Part shown: one piece after another, positions 1 to 13,700 of the stretch
Numbering within the stretch: position 1 is the first letter of the stretch
Layout: every line of letters starts with the position of its first letter
NCBI GenBank assembly: GCA_032718475.1
Contig: JAUCBJ010008175.1
Span: 1-54,950, forward strand
Direction of reading: 5' to 3'
DNA from: Nemertoderma westbladi
Taxonomy: Eukaryota; Animalia; Xenacoelomorpha
Length of the DNA: 54,950 nucleotides
Position numbers and translations under genes: made by a program
The notes under the pieces: model-generated
What the model was told of the DNA's origin: nothing
Databases searched by the model: none
The model's input: the letters and a program-made list of their open reading frames with translations, nothing else

Positions 1-15
1 ATCCTAGTAGTAGTA
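1..15 (+). mobile_element. (TAG)n 3' tail of an RTE-type LINE inserted in the L2/CR1 fragment
   Basis: atcctagtagtagta is the reverse complement of 54023-54037 and matches the RTE tail at 14977-14988. Confidence 0.75.
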
Positions 16-782
16 AACAGCTTAAATGTAAATTACAAGTAGCTCAGAATAAAGTAGTACGATTTATTAAAGACTACAAACCTAGGCACCACCTAACTCC
101 AGATGACTTTTCTGAATCTGGACTACTTAACTTAGATAGTAGAGTTAAGCAGCTACGCCTTAACCATGTGCATAAAGTGTATAATGGTAAATGTCCCAAT
201 TACCTAAAACAAAAATTCAACAGAGTACGCGATACACACTCTTACAGTACCAGAGCTAGTGCTTCAAACTTCTACCTCCCGAATTGTAAATCCTTTGAAT
301 CTGATACTTTCTTTTTTAACGGCATAAAAAATTGGAACGCTCTGCCTAATGAAATTAAAAACCTAAATAATCAACATTCTTTTAAATCTGCAGTTAAATC
401 TCATCTCCGTGTGCAATGTAAAAATAGGTACAATAGTCCTACAGTAAGTTATTAGTTTATTAATTATTTACTATTTATACTGTAATTACGTTTTATAATA
501 AATTGTTCTGTACATTACATCTTTATCGTTGAGTCGGGCATTGTCACGCTCTCGGTAAAGTTGTACATGTACATAGTGTAATTACGTTTTATATTGGTTT
601 TAGGTTAGCGTAGAGTAATATTGTATTTGTAACCAAGTAACATAAAGGACCCCCTTGGAAATAAGCTGCAAAGCTTTAGGGGTAATCCTATATGTTATGT
701 TGGACAATACCTTTATACCGGTACATTGTTTGGTGTATTTGTTATTGTTTTTACATAATGTATAAATAAATCTATCTATCTA
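15..782 (+). mobile_element. 3' end of a CR1/L2-group non-LTR retrotransposon (ORF2 C-terminus, 3' UTR, (TCTA)n tail) lying in the 5' leader of BEL copy A
   Basis: Frame 15..455 reads KLQVAQNKVVRFI...HSYSTR...KNWNALPNEIK...SFKSAVKSHL, the typical post-RT C-terminus of CR1/L2-group LINEs. The 3' UTR has a ggaccccctt...aggggtaatcc stem and ends AATAAATAAA-TCTATCTATCTA. Homology to the copy B leader resumes at ~783. Confidence 0.85.
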
Positions 783-1101
783 ACTAAGTAACGTAAAGTA
801 ACCCTTAAAATTCAGAAATTCAGTTATTCTAAATAATTGACATTACCGGTATTTAAGGTAGGCTTATTATTATATTTATATAAATTTAGGCTGACATTAT
901 ATAACGGTATTCTGTGATTAAACCTAGTTTGTAATAATACTTATATATCCTATAAGTTTATACCGGTATTCTAATATTATATATTGCGTTACATTGAGTA
1001 GCGGTATCGGTAATTGATCACTAGGCTAACAGTTGATACGGAATTACTAGACTTGCTTTAACTGCCGTTATAGTAGTAGGCATTCAACTGTACAATTAAA
1101 C

Positions 1102-4100
1102 ATGACTGACAAAAAGCAAACTCTGTCAGATAGTCTCCTAGACGCAACAGTCTGCGACTCTGACAGGAGCGCCGAGCGTTTAAGACCAAAGTCCAAGTCC
1201 CCTCCTACTGTCAGAAAGGTCATCCCTACAGTAGTAGTATCAGACCCTAGGCTAGTACAGCACCGTAGGTCTATCATAGGCACTCGGGCTCAAGTCAAGC
1301 GGGACCAAGAGGCAGCTGTCAAACAACGGCAACCCTCTAACCGAGAATTAATTTCTCGGAGGCCTGATAGCTCCAGTAGTTCGGATACTGTGGAGTTGTC
1401 ACCCGAGCGTGGAGCAACGATAGCGGATGCAGTTTATGCGGATCCACTTCTCATTCTTCCCGAAGCCGTACTCGCTAGAGTGTTGATTGCTGTGGAGGAA
1501 CATCAAATTGATTGGGCGAGAAGTAAGCGATCTACTAAGGACAGTTATGCGGGATACACGAAGGAAGAATTGAAGTCTATTGTCGAGACGCAATGGAACT
1601 TCTCCGGACCCGGACTCCCATTTAACTTATCGGAAGCTGCCTGGGAGGACTTATACAGGATGGGAGTAGTGAAAGACGCCAAAGATCCAGCTGTGTGGAA
1701 GAGGTCAGCAGCAGGATATGTACAGAGATTCTTCAGCTCATTGGAGCGATTGGAGGAACAACTGTTTCAACAACCCCAAGGACCTCAAGAGCAGGAACAG
1801 CTACTATATCAAGTTCGTGAACGAATCTTAAGAATTAGACTAATTCTTTCGGCCTTTGAGGAAGCCTCAAAGAGAATTCAAGACACGTCGTTGCAAGTTG
1901 CCGTAAAGACTTGGTTCCAACGGGTGAGTCTTAAAGTCCAAGGAACAACCCAGTGGAAAATTCAGTTGGATGAACGCTCAACCCATGGAGAATCAACAGA
2001 CGCTACCTTTTCTCAGGTGGAAAGCGAAGCGACATCGGAGAAACCTCAGAAGAAGGACGCCATTGACATCTATCTGTCAGACTATCAGCGATTCATCGGC
2101 GACAAAGAGTTAAGGAGACGGTTAGCTGGACTTCATCCTAATAGTGAGGGAGCTAAATTTGTGCTAGACACATTAGATGCGGAAAGGCTAGCAGCAAATG
2201 GAGCTATATTTGATGAAAGCAGCCGCATCGCTAGGGAACAAGAAGAACAATTAAAGAAAAAACGTATAGAAGACAGAAAGATAGCAGCAGCGGCAGTAGC
2301 AGCGGCAGAAGCGGAAAAGAAAGTGGCCGAAGTGGAAATAAAAGCAGCAGAGGCAGAGGCAGAAGTGCAAAGCAAGAAGGCAGCGGCAAAGGCAGGAGCG
2401 GAAAGAAAAACGGCCGAAGCAGAAAGAAAACGATCAGTGGCAGAAGCAGAAAAGAAAGCCTAAGAAGAGACCACCCAACTAGAGTTGGAAAATCTGCAAG
2501 AGAGGCAAGACTACATAGACAGACAGAGAACAGCTAGTAATATGCAACTGCTAAGTTGGTCAACTCCTAAGCGACAGGGATTTACATCGTCTGATGAAGA
2601 CGATACGACAGATCCTGAAGGCAGAGGAAATAGATCTCGTTCAAACCGACGTAGAAGAACAACCCACCACCCGAAACTGCCTAATTTGCCCCAGCTGTGA
2701 GAAGGCAACTAGTTAGTGAAAACTTAGGTAGTCCAGAACTCACAGACCAAATTATTAAAATAGAAAGACTTCCTACTATAGTAGATGAGCCTGAAATAAA
2801 TAGGCCTGTTGTTCTCGAAGCCACCCCTTCTGTAGTAGAGACCCCTGTACTTCCAGAACCTAACTCTAAATTCCCTTTGCACAGTACCAAACTACTTGTG
2901 CCCGGTAGAACAGCCCCTGAGACCATCCTGGTCCTGGACGCTGAGAGAGACATCAAGGATTTGTCACCGGTCGTCCCTCGTCTGCCCGCTACTATGTTGG
3001 CGACTCCTGCTTCGGCGGTTGAGTGGGTGGATGAGAGACGACGGGGGATGGATATCCTGCTCGGTAAGATGGAGGAGAATCACCTCCGCTCCTTCCAACA
3101 GGTCCGAGAGTTGGCGGGGACTGTTCAGCAGTTGAAGGGAACAGTAAGAGAGGGTAGGTTAGAGTTGCAAGAAGTGCAGCAGAGTATCGCGTACCTAAAG
3201 AGGTGAGGTCTCTATAGGGGTGCGCAAAACAGGTGGCAGCGGACTAGTGAGGGTCTGGGGGCACATTAAATCTATTCTAAGTGCAAGGGAGATACTGAAG
3301 GCCCTCGTGTCGAGCAAACCATGAATCAACATGGTGCCGTGGTACCGTCTAGTCGGCCTGTTGCCGTACTGCTAGTCCTGTACACAGTAGGGGTGGTGGC
3401 TTAGTGTGATCTGTTGTTTATTTGGTGTTTATGTTTAGTATGTATGTATGAGTTGACCAGACTCTTTACTGTCTCCAATCGGCTGCTAAAACGTGTCTTT
3501 TCCCAGGGTAGCACTATTGGAATGGAGGTGTTGCATCGGAAGGGGCAGGATTCTGATGATTCTGTTGGTACTACTATTGGAATGGAGGTAGCACCTGGAA
3601 TATCCGCTGTAAGGAGGGGGTGGTGTTGTAGTGTGGTCCGAGTAATGATGTTCTGGAATCTGTGGTTTGTGTGTGGATGATCAGTGGCAGTTTGCCTGAG
3701 CTTTCTGTTGCTGTGGGTACGTGGTATACGTGAGTGTGTGTATGGCCACTACGAGTGAGTGTGGGAAACCTTGCCAGTTGGTTCAGTCGCTGCTGGTTAT
3801 TAGTAGGACCACATCTTTACTGCGCCCCAGCATACTTTGTGCACACAAAGTTATTTTGCCCTGACGGCAAAATAAGGTACTCTCGGCTCTTTTATTAGTC
3901 GATACAATTTTGTCCCCTCTGATTTTGTCACCGATTTTGTCTTCCCCGATTATGTCCTCTGTGTGTGCATGGTATGTGTTCGATTTTGTGTTTACCGTTG
4001 TGTACTCGATATTGTGAGCATCTGTTGAGTACATGTGTACAGTGACTAGTAAGTGGTTACTTGTTCCTAGCTTTCGAGCTAGTCAGTATTGTTTGCGGAA

Positions 4101-7100
4101 CCGACTTCCCCTCAATACTGCCGGCGAGGCGGGTGAAAATGTGTCAATATTCCATGTTGGGTTGCGCAAGCCCACTTGGGACAAGACCGTCGGTTTGGCT
4201 CAAGGGCGACCTTGATGCTTGATCGCTATCGACTGGTCCACCCGCCGGTTGACTCTGAGTTGGCTCAATGTACACGTACAGTCAGGCCACAGTAAGTTGG
4301 TTGACATGTAGCAGTCGCCCATGTTCTACATGGCTACATGTTCGACGAGCTGTGCCGGTGTGATCGGGGGATTGAAAATTGAACCCGGGAAGCATTGGGC
4401 TACCCTCCGGCCCGGTCTGATAAAAATGGAGTCAGACTGGCCCCAAGGGTGGTGGGACAGCGTCCGCCTCATGGGTGCGCGTCGAATAATCCGAGAAATT
4501 TATATACCGATAACTCGATATTAAATAATACGATGGCTCAAGAAAGTTTTACACGTCAAATGGCTAGAACCGAGGCCTGTCAAGCGGTAAAGGTGGGAGA
4601 GATTGTCAAGTTCAATGGAGATGAGATGAAATGGTTACCTTTTAATGAATATTACAAAGATAACATACAGACCTCTGTGCTGTCTAACGGAGAGAAACTT
4701 AGATTCCTCATCGAGTGTTTGGACGGACCTCCCAAGTTAATGGCGTTAAAGTTTATTGGACATCCAGATGGATTAAGACAAGTTTGGGATACATTAAACA
4801 TCAGGTATGGTAATAGGACAAACATAGCTAGGTATTTATATGCAAAATTAGTAGCGCCCCGAAAGTTCGCAAGCAGCGGGATTATAGAGTTTTCCGATGA
4901 GATTCAGGAGATCTGTAGACAACTAGATTGGTTAGGCAAGTCTCATGAATATCAGAGTTCCATGGTTATTGGAGCTGTAGCATCTACTTTGCCAAAGGGT
5001 GGAGTTGGTACTCGCTGGGACAAGAAAGTGCTCTATATGATGGACCAGCAACAAAGAGACCCTACCATGGATGATCTTATGTCATTCCTAAATGGAGAGG
5101 TAGGATTACAGCTCCTAAGGCAGTCCCGGGAGAAGACACCGGAAAATAAGGTAATTGAAAAACCCGTTTCTAGGCGAAAAGTCACCCCAGTGTGTTATAC
5201 CGATGATGGCGAAAGCCAAACCTCTCAAGAGGAGAACAGCGGAAAAGACACTGAAAGAGCTTACTATGTCGACAAAGCACACAAAAACGTAAGTAAATAT
5301 AAGTCTCGAGCCAGTGATAGGAGAGAATAGGTAACAAAAACTCCTATGTCCCCTAAGAGAATTCATGGAAGAAAGCCCGAGGAAAGAACGAGTGTGCACA
5401 ACATTACCCAAGGTTAAGGTAAGTAACATCAAACCAAAATGTGTTCTGTGCGACAGGCCCCATCGTTTGAGTGCGTGTGATGACTTCTTAAAGAAGTCTT
5501 TGAAAGATAGACGTGAAGTCATGTGGGATAAGCGGTTGTGTTATAACTGTCTCAGACAAGGACATCAACGGCGAACCTGTTACTCAGACGTGAGGTGTGC
5601 TAAGTGCGGCGTGAAACAACATATCTTGCTACACACCGAATTCGAAAGGAACAGTACGAGTCAGGTGAGTGAGTCTGAACTACACGTCCAATTCAGTGAT
5701 GTGAACAACACTGATCACAGTTCTGAGATGGAAGGATTTTACACAGACTAATTCTCCAATGAAAATGAATCCTGATACATGATAAACACCGCAGTGTATC
5801 GAGCACTTACGTATGAGACTGACACCGAATGTGAGCTCCCCTTAAATATTCCTGACCAAAAACCATCTTGGAACGCGCCAACTTCCAACGTAGGAATTAG
5901 AGAATTTCCCGTAGTGCAGTTGAGAGTCCACGGAGGGGAAAAGAGTTATATAGTGAACGCCCTCCTTGACTCCGGCAGTACCAGAACATTCATCGACAAA
6001 GAACTAGCCGAGGACATCTTTGCTGGACAACCCAAGTTCCGAACTAAGTTGAACCTTTCAGGAATTATGCAGGTTTGGAAATCTACAGTAGCTACAGACT
6101 ATTATGTAGGCGCGTTGTCCACCCCCCAGGATGAGCTAGGAGAACACAGTATAAGGTTAGTAAAAATGGTAGCGATAAAGAACTTCGCCACCAGCCAAGT
6201 GGAACCTTATAACTGGGATGAAGATGAGTTCACCCAGCAGTATGATATACCTAGATTTAACACCGACTATCCAGGGGTACAAATACTCATCGGCCAAAAT
6301 GCGCATAAGGCTCTGGAGACATTAGAGAAACGGCCTGCTCAACCGCAACCACTGCAAACCTATGCGGAAAGAACTAGAGTAGGTTGGTACTTTACTGGAC
6401 CTTCCCGTAGGAAACTCAGGGAAAGGATACCAAAAGAACAAATCCACCAAGTGAGTGAATGGGAAAAAGAAATCAGTGAAGGAGACGATACACCTGAGGG
6501 AACACCATACTCCTCAGATCATGACAATATACATCCAATATTTGACGAGGAGAATACCATCAACCTTCTTACGGAAAATGAAACTTGGCGAAACCAAGTG
6601 AACTTGTGTCACCTCGTCCATCCAGTGGGACAAGACAACTACAATGGTGAGTTGAATGAAGTACTAGATCGTTACAACTCGAGGACTCGTGATGAACACG
6701 CCGTACGATTCTTTACTCAAGAAGCTGTAGAGCCTAATTCCTACGATAAGGCCTTATCGGTAGAAGAGGAAAGAGCCAAACAGATACTTGAAATGACGAA
6801 ACGTTTTCTTAAAGACCAAGGTAGGTATGAGATTGGTCTGCCCTTCCGGCGGAGAGAACCAACTTTTATAAATAACCGACCCTTGGTGGAGAAGAGAATC
6901 GCGCAACTACATCGACGCCTTATGGCAAACGCTTCAGCAAAAGAGATATACTTCTTGTACTTCCTGGACGATCTTCCAGAAACCAAGACACTTGGTTTGA
7001 AATTGGACACAGAGAGAGATATCCTGTTTTTCCAACTCGAACAACGAGATAATCCAGTTCGGACCAAACGGATTTGTCTAAGTATCCTGAGTACTTATTT

Positions 7101-9676
7101 CGATCCATTGGGATTTATTAGCCCCGTTATATTGGTTGCTCGGAGCTTAGTACAACAAATGTGGCTGGAAAACCACTTGTGGGACGATCCACTTAAAGGA
7201 GAACAACTGAAGAAGTGGATGAAATGGGAAGATTCTCTACCATCCATCGAGAACTTTATTATTTCCCATTCATACTTTGGTCACATTCTCCCCACATATT
7301 CCTATCAACTCCATGTGTTTGGAGATGCCAGCGATATGGGAATAGGTATAGTAGCCTACATGAGAGTTGAAACTCCAGACGGAATTAAAGTCGCCTTGGT
7401 TACCTCTAAGGCCTTGATAAACAACAAACTGAAAGTTCCTCGAGCGGAGTTAAAGGCGGCTCTATACGCTACAGCCATCGGCCGGAATGTAACCGAACAG
7501 ATAGACTATCCATTGGAGAAAACCGTCTATTGGACCGATGCTTTGCTCGTGTTGGAGTATATCACCAATGAAGTTTGTCAGTTCAGCATCTTCGTTACCA
7601 ACCGAGTAGCCATTATACTTAGTCGCACGAAGACAGATCAATGGAGACATTGCCCTGGGACGATTAATCCAGCCGACATCGCCTCCAGAGGAGCAACTCC
7701 CCAGGAACTGATAGATGCTCCAGACTGGTTAGGTTGACCCGACTTCCTAAGCAAGGAAGAGGATGAATAGCCTCCTCATCTTACCACGGCTGAGATTAGA
7801 CAAGCCAAGGGAGCGGAGAAAGTCAAACCTAAAACCTGGGCGAGTAAATTGAAGTTATTTAAACCAGTAGTAGATCTGTCTGTACTACACATTTCTGGAG
7901 ATGACGTTTTGGATCTAAAACTCCCCGCCACAAATCAGTCCGTTGTGGAGATTAGAGAGAGAGACTGGAAATCTGGAACACCAGACGTCTCACACGGACT
8001 CTCACCCCTCCTGCAGAGAGCAATACATCACTACAGCTCCTGGAATCGGCTCTGTAAGGCCGTTGTATATTTGAAACGATGTTTTCATTATCATTACTCC
8101 AGAAAGAAAACCGGTGGTGATACCGCTCCACTGACATCGGCGCAGGTCCATGTTGTTAAAGATCTTCCCAAGTATAAGACATCGGAACGGTTTCTGACGA
8201 GAAGATCAGTTACCCGGAGCATGAAGAAACTAATAAGCAGATACTGAGACTCCTGCAATGCTATGAGGATTCCGATAAGTATTTCCTGTTGTTGAGAAAT
8301 CCACAGATGCGCTTAAGGGATCGTTTCTCTAGTATAATGATAGACGGGTTAATACGTGTTGGAGGTAGATTAACTAATGCTCCATTATCCTTTGACACTA
8401 AGTTTCCCATACTCATTAGAAATCTTGAAATACAAATCAAGATGATTGTAGATGTTCACAGTAGGCTTTATCATGCTGGTAGAGAACGAGTTCTTAGCGA
8501 AATTCAAACTCGCTATTATTTTCATAAACCCCGTAGAGCTCTGAACCAAGTTCTTAGGAACTGCATACACTGTAGGAAAGCATTCAGTAGGCCTTTAACA
8601 CAGCGAGAGGCAGAATTACCTAGGGAACGCGTAAGCTTCTACGAACCACCCTTTTCTAATACCGGTGTGGATTTATTTGGCCCTATTGAAGTATATCGTG
8701 TTAGGACTATAGTCAAGAGATGGTGTGTCATCTTTGTCTGCATGACTTGTAGAGCTATCCATCTCGATATGATGAACGATCTATCTACCAACAGCTTCAT
8801 ATTGAGCTTACACCGACAGATCGCTTGCTTTGGAACTAGTAACACAATGAGATCAGATAAGGGAACGAACTTCGTTGGTGCCAACAACGAAATAAAGGCT
8901 TACGTCAAAGATTGGAACCAAAGACAGGTGGACGATCAGTTAAGGGTAACAGCGTCTAGCTGGACCTTCAACGCCGCCGACGCCCCTTGGTGGGGAGGAA
9001 GTTGGGAGAGATCAATTAGAAGCGTGAAGACCGCATTTCACTTTATAGTGCCGTGCCGCGCGCGCGCGTATCTTACCGACAAACTTTTGCGGACGTTAAT
9101 GGAGGAAATCGCCGCCTATCTCAACAAGAGAACGCTTATGCCAGTCTCAGTGAGCCCCAATTCCCTGGAAGCGCTAACACCCGCGCACTTCCTACTGAAG
9201 AAACCTGTAGCCATGCTCCCACGATCTGAAATCACGGACGGAGAGACGAGTATTGCCGGCAAACTTGGCAACTCATGCAATTGTTATCTCGTCGTTTCGC
9301 TGACCATTTCGAAAAACATTATCTGCCTATGCTACAACTTCGAACCAAGTGGTTTGCGCAGCAAGAAAACGTCAGCGCCGGAGACATGGTACTTATAGTG
9401 GACTTAGATCTTCCACGTAAGCGGTGGCAGACAGGTCGTATCATTGAGACCCATCTGTCGGATGATGGTTTAGTGCGATCGGTAGAACTCGTCGTCATGC
9501 GGCGTAACTTTAAGAAACCGGGAATAGTCTTTGAGACACAACAGCTCAACCGCCCAGTTGGTCGTTTATGTTTACTGGAAAGAGACCAAGAACTCTCCGG
9601 AAACTATGGAAGGCAAGATACTCTTCCCACGACCACTTCCCTAATTCCTCAAACATCTAGGGGCTCCCCAACGTAA
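1102..9676 (+). pseudogene. gag-pol: gag-pol pseudogene of copy A
   Basis: Fragments at 1102-2463, 2485-3191, ~4486-5330, 5365-5751 (three knuckles CVLC..H..C, CYNC..H..C, CAKC...H), 5779-7737 (protease ALLDSGS, RNase H LHVFGDAS, NPADIASRG), 8289-9398 (integrase HHCC, GVDLFGP, SDKGTNF, WGGSWER) and 9275-9676. Many stops and frameshifts, no YxDD RT core. Confidence 0.92.
3192..4485. other. 1,294-bp foreign insert replacing 208 bp of gag
   Basis: Homology to copy B stops after tatcgcg (B 20778) and resumes at ataatccgag (B 20987). Mirrored at 49553-50846. Confidence 0.85.
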
Positions 9677-10559
9677 CCACGTCTGGAGTGGGTGTGTGAC
9701 CATATTATTTTATATATTTTTATTTTTTTTATACATCTATGTATGTATTATTATGTACTTTTATTATAATCGTTTTCTTTAATTTTATTTAGTAGAATGT
9801 TATTTTAGCGATTATTTAGTAGATTAGTGCAATATATTAATCTTATTACTTAAGATGACTTAGTGATGTCCCTTTTTAACAGTAGCGTAAAACGCAAAAT
9901 AAATCTGTTAAACCCTTTGACCATCTGTAATTCTAGTCGATTAAGATATCGCGGCACCCACCGATATAGTTGAAAGACAATAATTTTAGAATCAGTGGTT
10001 AACGTCCCCAGACAAGTTCTGGAATAAATCGGTGCCCATCTTAAATATTACATATTTAATATTTATACAAATCTATAAACCAAAATCCGTTAAAATTTAG
10101 ATCTTTTAAAAATTCTAGTTGATTAAGATATCGTAGCTGATAAAATTCATAAAATCATGTATAAAGGGGAATATTGACTATTAAAGAATTACTATTAAAT
10201 AGCATCCCAGATCTGTATGCATGAGAATTACCCTAATTCTACCGCTAGCTTTCCATAATGTCACCATAGCAACAAACAAGCTAGAATTAGAAGCGAGTTA
10301 AAAGAACAATAGAAAGCTTGCCCCATTGAATAGCATAAGGAATAAATAGCACACTGCTAGTATCCAAGGATACATAATAATAACGTGGCGTTCTGGAAGG
10401 CACTTGACTAACGAACAAATGGCCCGAATGTGTACAATTTGGGGCAGTTGTGTGGAATTTGTGCGTTTATAGGTGAATGTTACTACTAAAGTGTGTTTAC
10501 AGTAGCGAGTCGCAGTTGTGAAAGTAGCCCTACCTCTGCAGTAAGAACCTGAAGTATAT

Positions 10560-10720
10560 CTTAGCCCTTGGGACGGACAGTGGAGTGACTCGCACCAGTT
10601 ATCATTGTTGTTGTATAGCTACACGTTGGCAAAAAACACAGCGACGACGGTACATCGGCGCTGAGGATCTTTCGCTGTCCGGGGGCCGCGAAGGGGTAGG
10701 CAGCGACGCCCGCTAGCCTA
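10560..10720 (+). promoter_or_regulatory. Conserved structured RNA element upstream of ORF2 (copy A)
   Basis: GC-rich block in an AT-rich spacer. Stems cggacagt/gctgtccg, ttgttgttgt/acagcgacga and taggc-agcg/cgct-a-gccta are preserved in copy B. Confidence 0.55.
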
Positions 10721-10761
10721 ATTATAAATAATATCAATATTAATAAACTCATATAGCAGCT

Positions 10762-13700
10762 ATGACTGAGTTGATAGAAGATGATCTTGGTATTAGGGAG
10801 CGATATGGTACGTATATGGACTTCTTAACTACTGGCCATCCTATCGATTTACACGATACGGACGATGTAGACACTGAAAGGGAAATGGTTTTATTTAAAT
10901 ATCATACCCAGCGGAGTCAGAACGATAAACCGAGAATCGAGCACGAGAATTCTATTCGGAACCGACTCAAAAGAGAAGACGTTGAAGAGCCGGATAAACG
11001 CAGCAACTTCAACAATTATATAGAATTCTTGAGAGAAACCTATCTCAATATTGCCAGTCAACAGAATCTAGAAACTGGATATCCTCAAGGTATACATCAT
11101 GACCCCATGGTAGAACTCAAACGGCTCTATTTCACTATGATGTATCTTACTGCCGATCGACCGCTACCTGTTGTCCCGGATAGCTTTGAACAGATGGAGG
11201 AATATTGTAAAACTGGAGAACGATCACCCGCGTTTCCTCTACAGGACGTGCGTCTTTGGTATTATTGTAATGAATGCCCTAGACCCAACCAACAAACAGA
11301 AAGACATAAACATCCGCGGAGACGTTGCACTAAACAGAGTTTTACTCGCTATACTTACGGGAGTTTCGAGCGAAATCTGTGCGATGTATCACCTATGATC
11401 GCTTGCCTCAAACAATCACTAAATAAACCCATGATCAGAGTTCCGGAATACTCGGTCAGGCCTCCTCATTCCCCAGTGAGACCTCAAACTCTTGATCCTA
11501 ACAGTATCACGGATCCTCCCAAACTATACTCACTGTTCAAAGATTTAGTTTTACCCGAACAATTAATCGGTGGCACCCCGGTAGTGGGTTCGTTGGATAT
11601 TCGCCCATCCTACCTAGCCGGATTGGGACGCGGGCATCTAATATCGCCATTTAATCCTTACAATCGTCCAGGTTTAACCCCGATACAACCCGCCACCGAA
11701 GTCGAGGAGAGTGTTATAAGAAACGCATTAGATGCTATTTGGCAGAAGATCGGAAAGGGAACGTACAATTGTTTAGAGAAACGTAAATTACAGCAACAAG
11801 TCCAATCAGAGAAGAAGTTGGCCTTGCCACAGTTCGATCGAGAAATCCAAAACCTCGAGGAAGACATCGAACTTGGACGAACTTATTCTCTACAAGAGTT
11901 TTTAGATGAACGCCTACAACGACAAGTGGAGGAAAACCAACTCGAGGAGAAACACACGGAATTGGATGAGAGAGAAGAAGCAGCTTTAGCCTAACCCGAA
12001 GCTCAATTCCTTATGACGGGTCTCTACTCTAAAACCATACTTAATCCCTCAATGGTTCCCCATTTCGGAGACAAACTCTTTGCGACGGTACAACCCCAAC
12101 CTGTTGATATCAACATAAGATCACAAAATCTTATCGCTGACGCTCCTATGTTACAGCATCCGCCAATCGAGGCCGCTCGTGTCGACGGTATACTCGTTGA
12201 ACCTCCGGACAATCGAGCGGATCTTGTCCATCGTATGGTACACGAGGTCATCATACGCGCTAGACCTTTACCGAACTCGTTTTATGGGATTAAAGACCAT
12301 CCTTATTACGTTAATCTAACTCAATAATATATGGTAAAACCTGAAGACCCGACGCATAATCTAAGGTTTCTACCGCTAATAAATCCTCTCGACCTTGTCA
12401 AACTCGAACAATTGCAGAAAAATCTAGATCAGTTGGTGAAAGTAAACTCATTCAGAAAACCATACAACGTTTCTAGAATAGAGAAAGATACAACACCTCC
12501 ATATAATCTCAATGGATTTATTAAGACTCGATTAGTCCATTGGAATCTCGACGTGTTATTCGAAGAAGAGAGAAATCAAAGATATGGAGATGTGGAGACG
12601 TATACTACACAGTATCTGAAGTATAGGGATCTCCCTAACGCTAGCAAATGCGCCACCTTGTGGCATCCGGTGGGGATGACCCTAGAGAACGCCACCAAAG
12701 AGTGGAACGAAACTCTTAACGTCATTGAAATGTATGGAGTTGTCACTTACGATAATGAAGGTAGCGTTCCAGTCGGAGAATTGGGAACTACGCGCATGAT
12801 ACATATACAAGGATTAGCTGGTTCTACCCACGTGTTAACTCGAGCGTGTTCCGACGTGATTGATTATTCTTTTGAGACTCTCACCGAAATACAAAAGAAT
12901 CTCCGACATGGACAATTCGAACTCGCGCAGCGTTATGTCACTGACACCGAGCGCAAACCGGCCATGGGTATCGATGGATAGATGTTATCCCAGCCCATGC
13001 TCGAGATGTTGTTTAACGAAAGAATCTTTAAAATCGGCTCAGCTGTTTATGGAGATCTCCAAAACAAATTTCGGAACATGGAGAATATCCCATATCCTTT
13101 CGTGGATACTCAGCTGATTGCTCCTTGGGCAGAAGGCCGAGGTTTCTTCCGCACCATGTATGCCAATACGTCCAGCTGCATCACTAAAGTACAACGAACC
13201 TCCATCGGACATCTTGCCTTTCAGGAATATGGATGGAATTTCAAAGTCGGAAATCCTATCAACTATCAGCAAGTATATGGAGATCATTATTCTCGATTAT
13301 ACTTTGACGGACCATTGACTGCACCTGGCGTCGTGTATAGCTTCATGAGTGTTCCACTTCGTCCCTCCTTAGCTATATACACGATCTTTGAAAACACCGC
13401 ACTTGCCGGTTGGCTAGCCGATGTGTGCAGTCATACTATACGCGCCCATCCCTTAATACTTGGAACCAAACTCGCCAAGCTAGATGAACACAATAAATTC
13501 ATCCGCTTCGAATGTTTCAGGCGTTTTCTAACCCCGTTCCGTAACGTTGATAGCCAGTTCAAGGACCGCGCTTTGACCAAGCTCAACCTAAGAGACTCAG
13601 CTGCTGAGAAGTTAGACAGCGCTGGATTTGCAATTTTCAAAGATGTTTGTATACAGAACTTACACTCTTCTGTTATACAAAGACCTCGGATCCCCACGGG

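Noticed and set aside
4395-4485. N-terminus of the 311-aa ORF
   Set aside because: Derived from the foreign insert. True Gag homology starts at NPRNLY.
10655-10670. Hammerhead core CUGAGGA in the structured element
   Set aside because: Copy B has CUGAGAA, and no properly placed GAAA or cleavage triplet is conserved.
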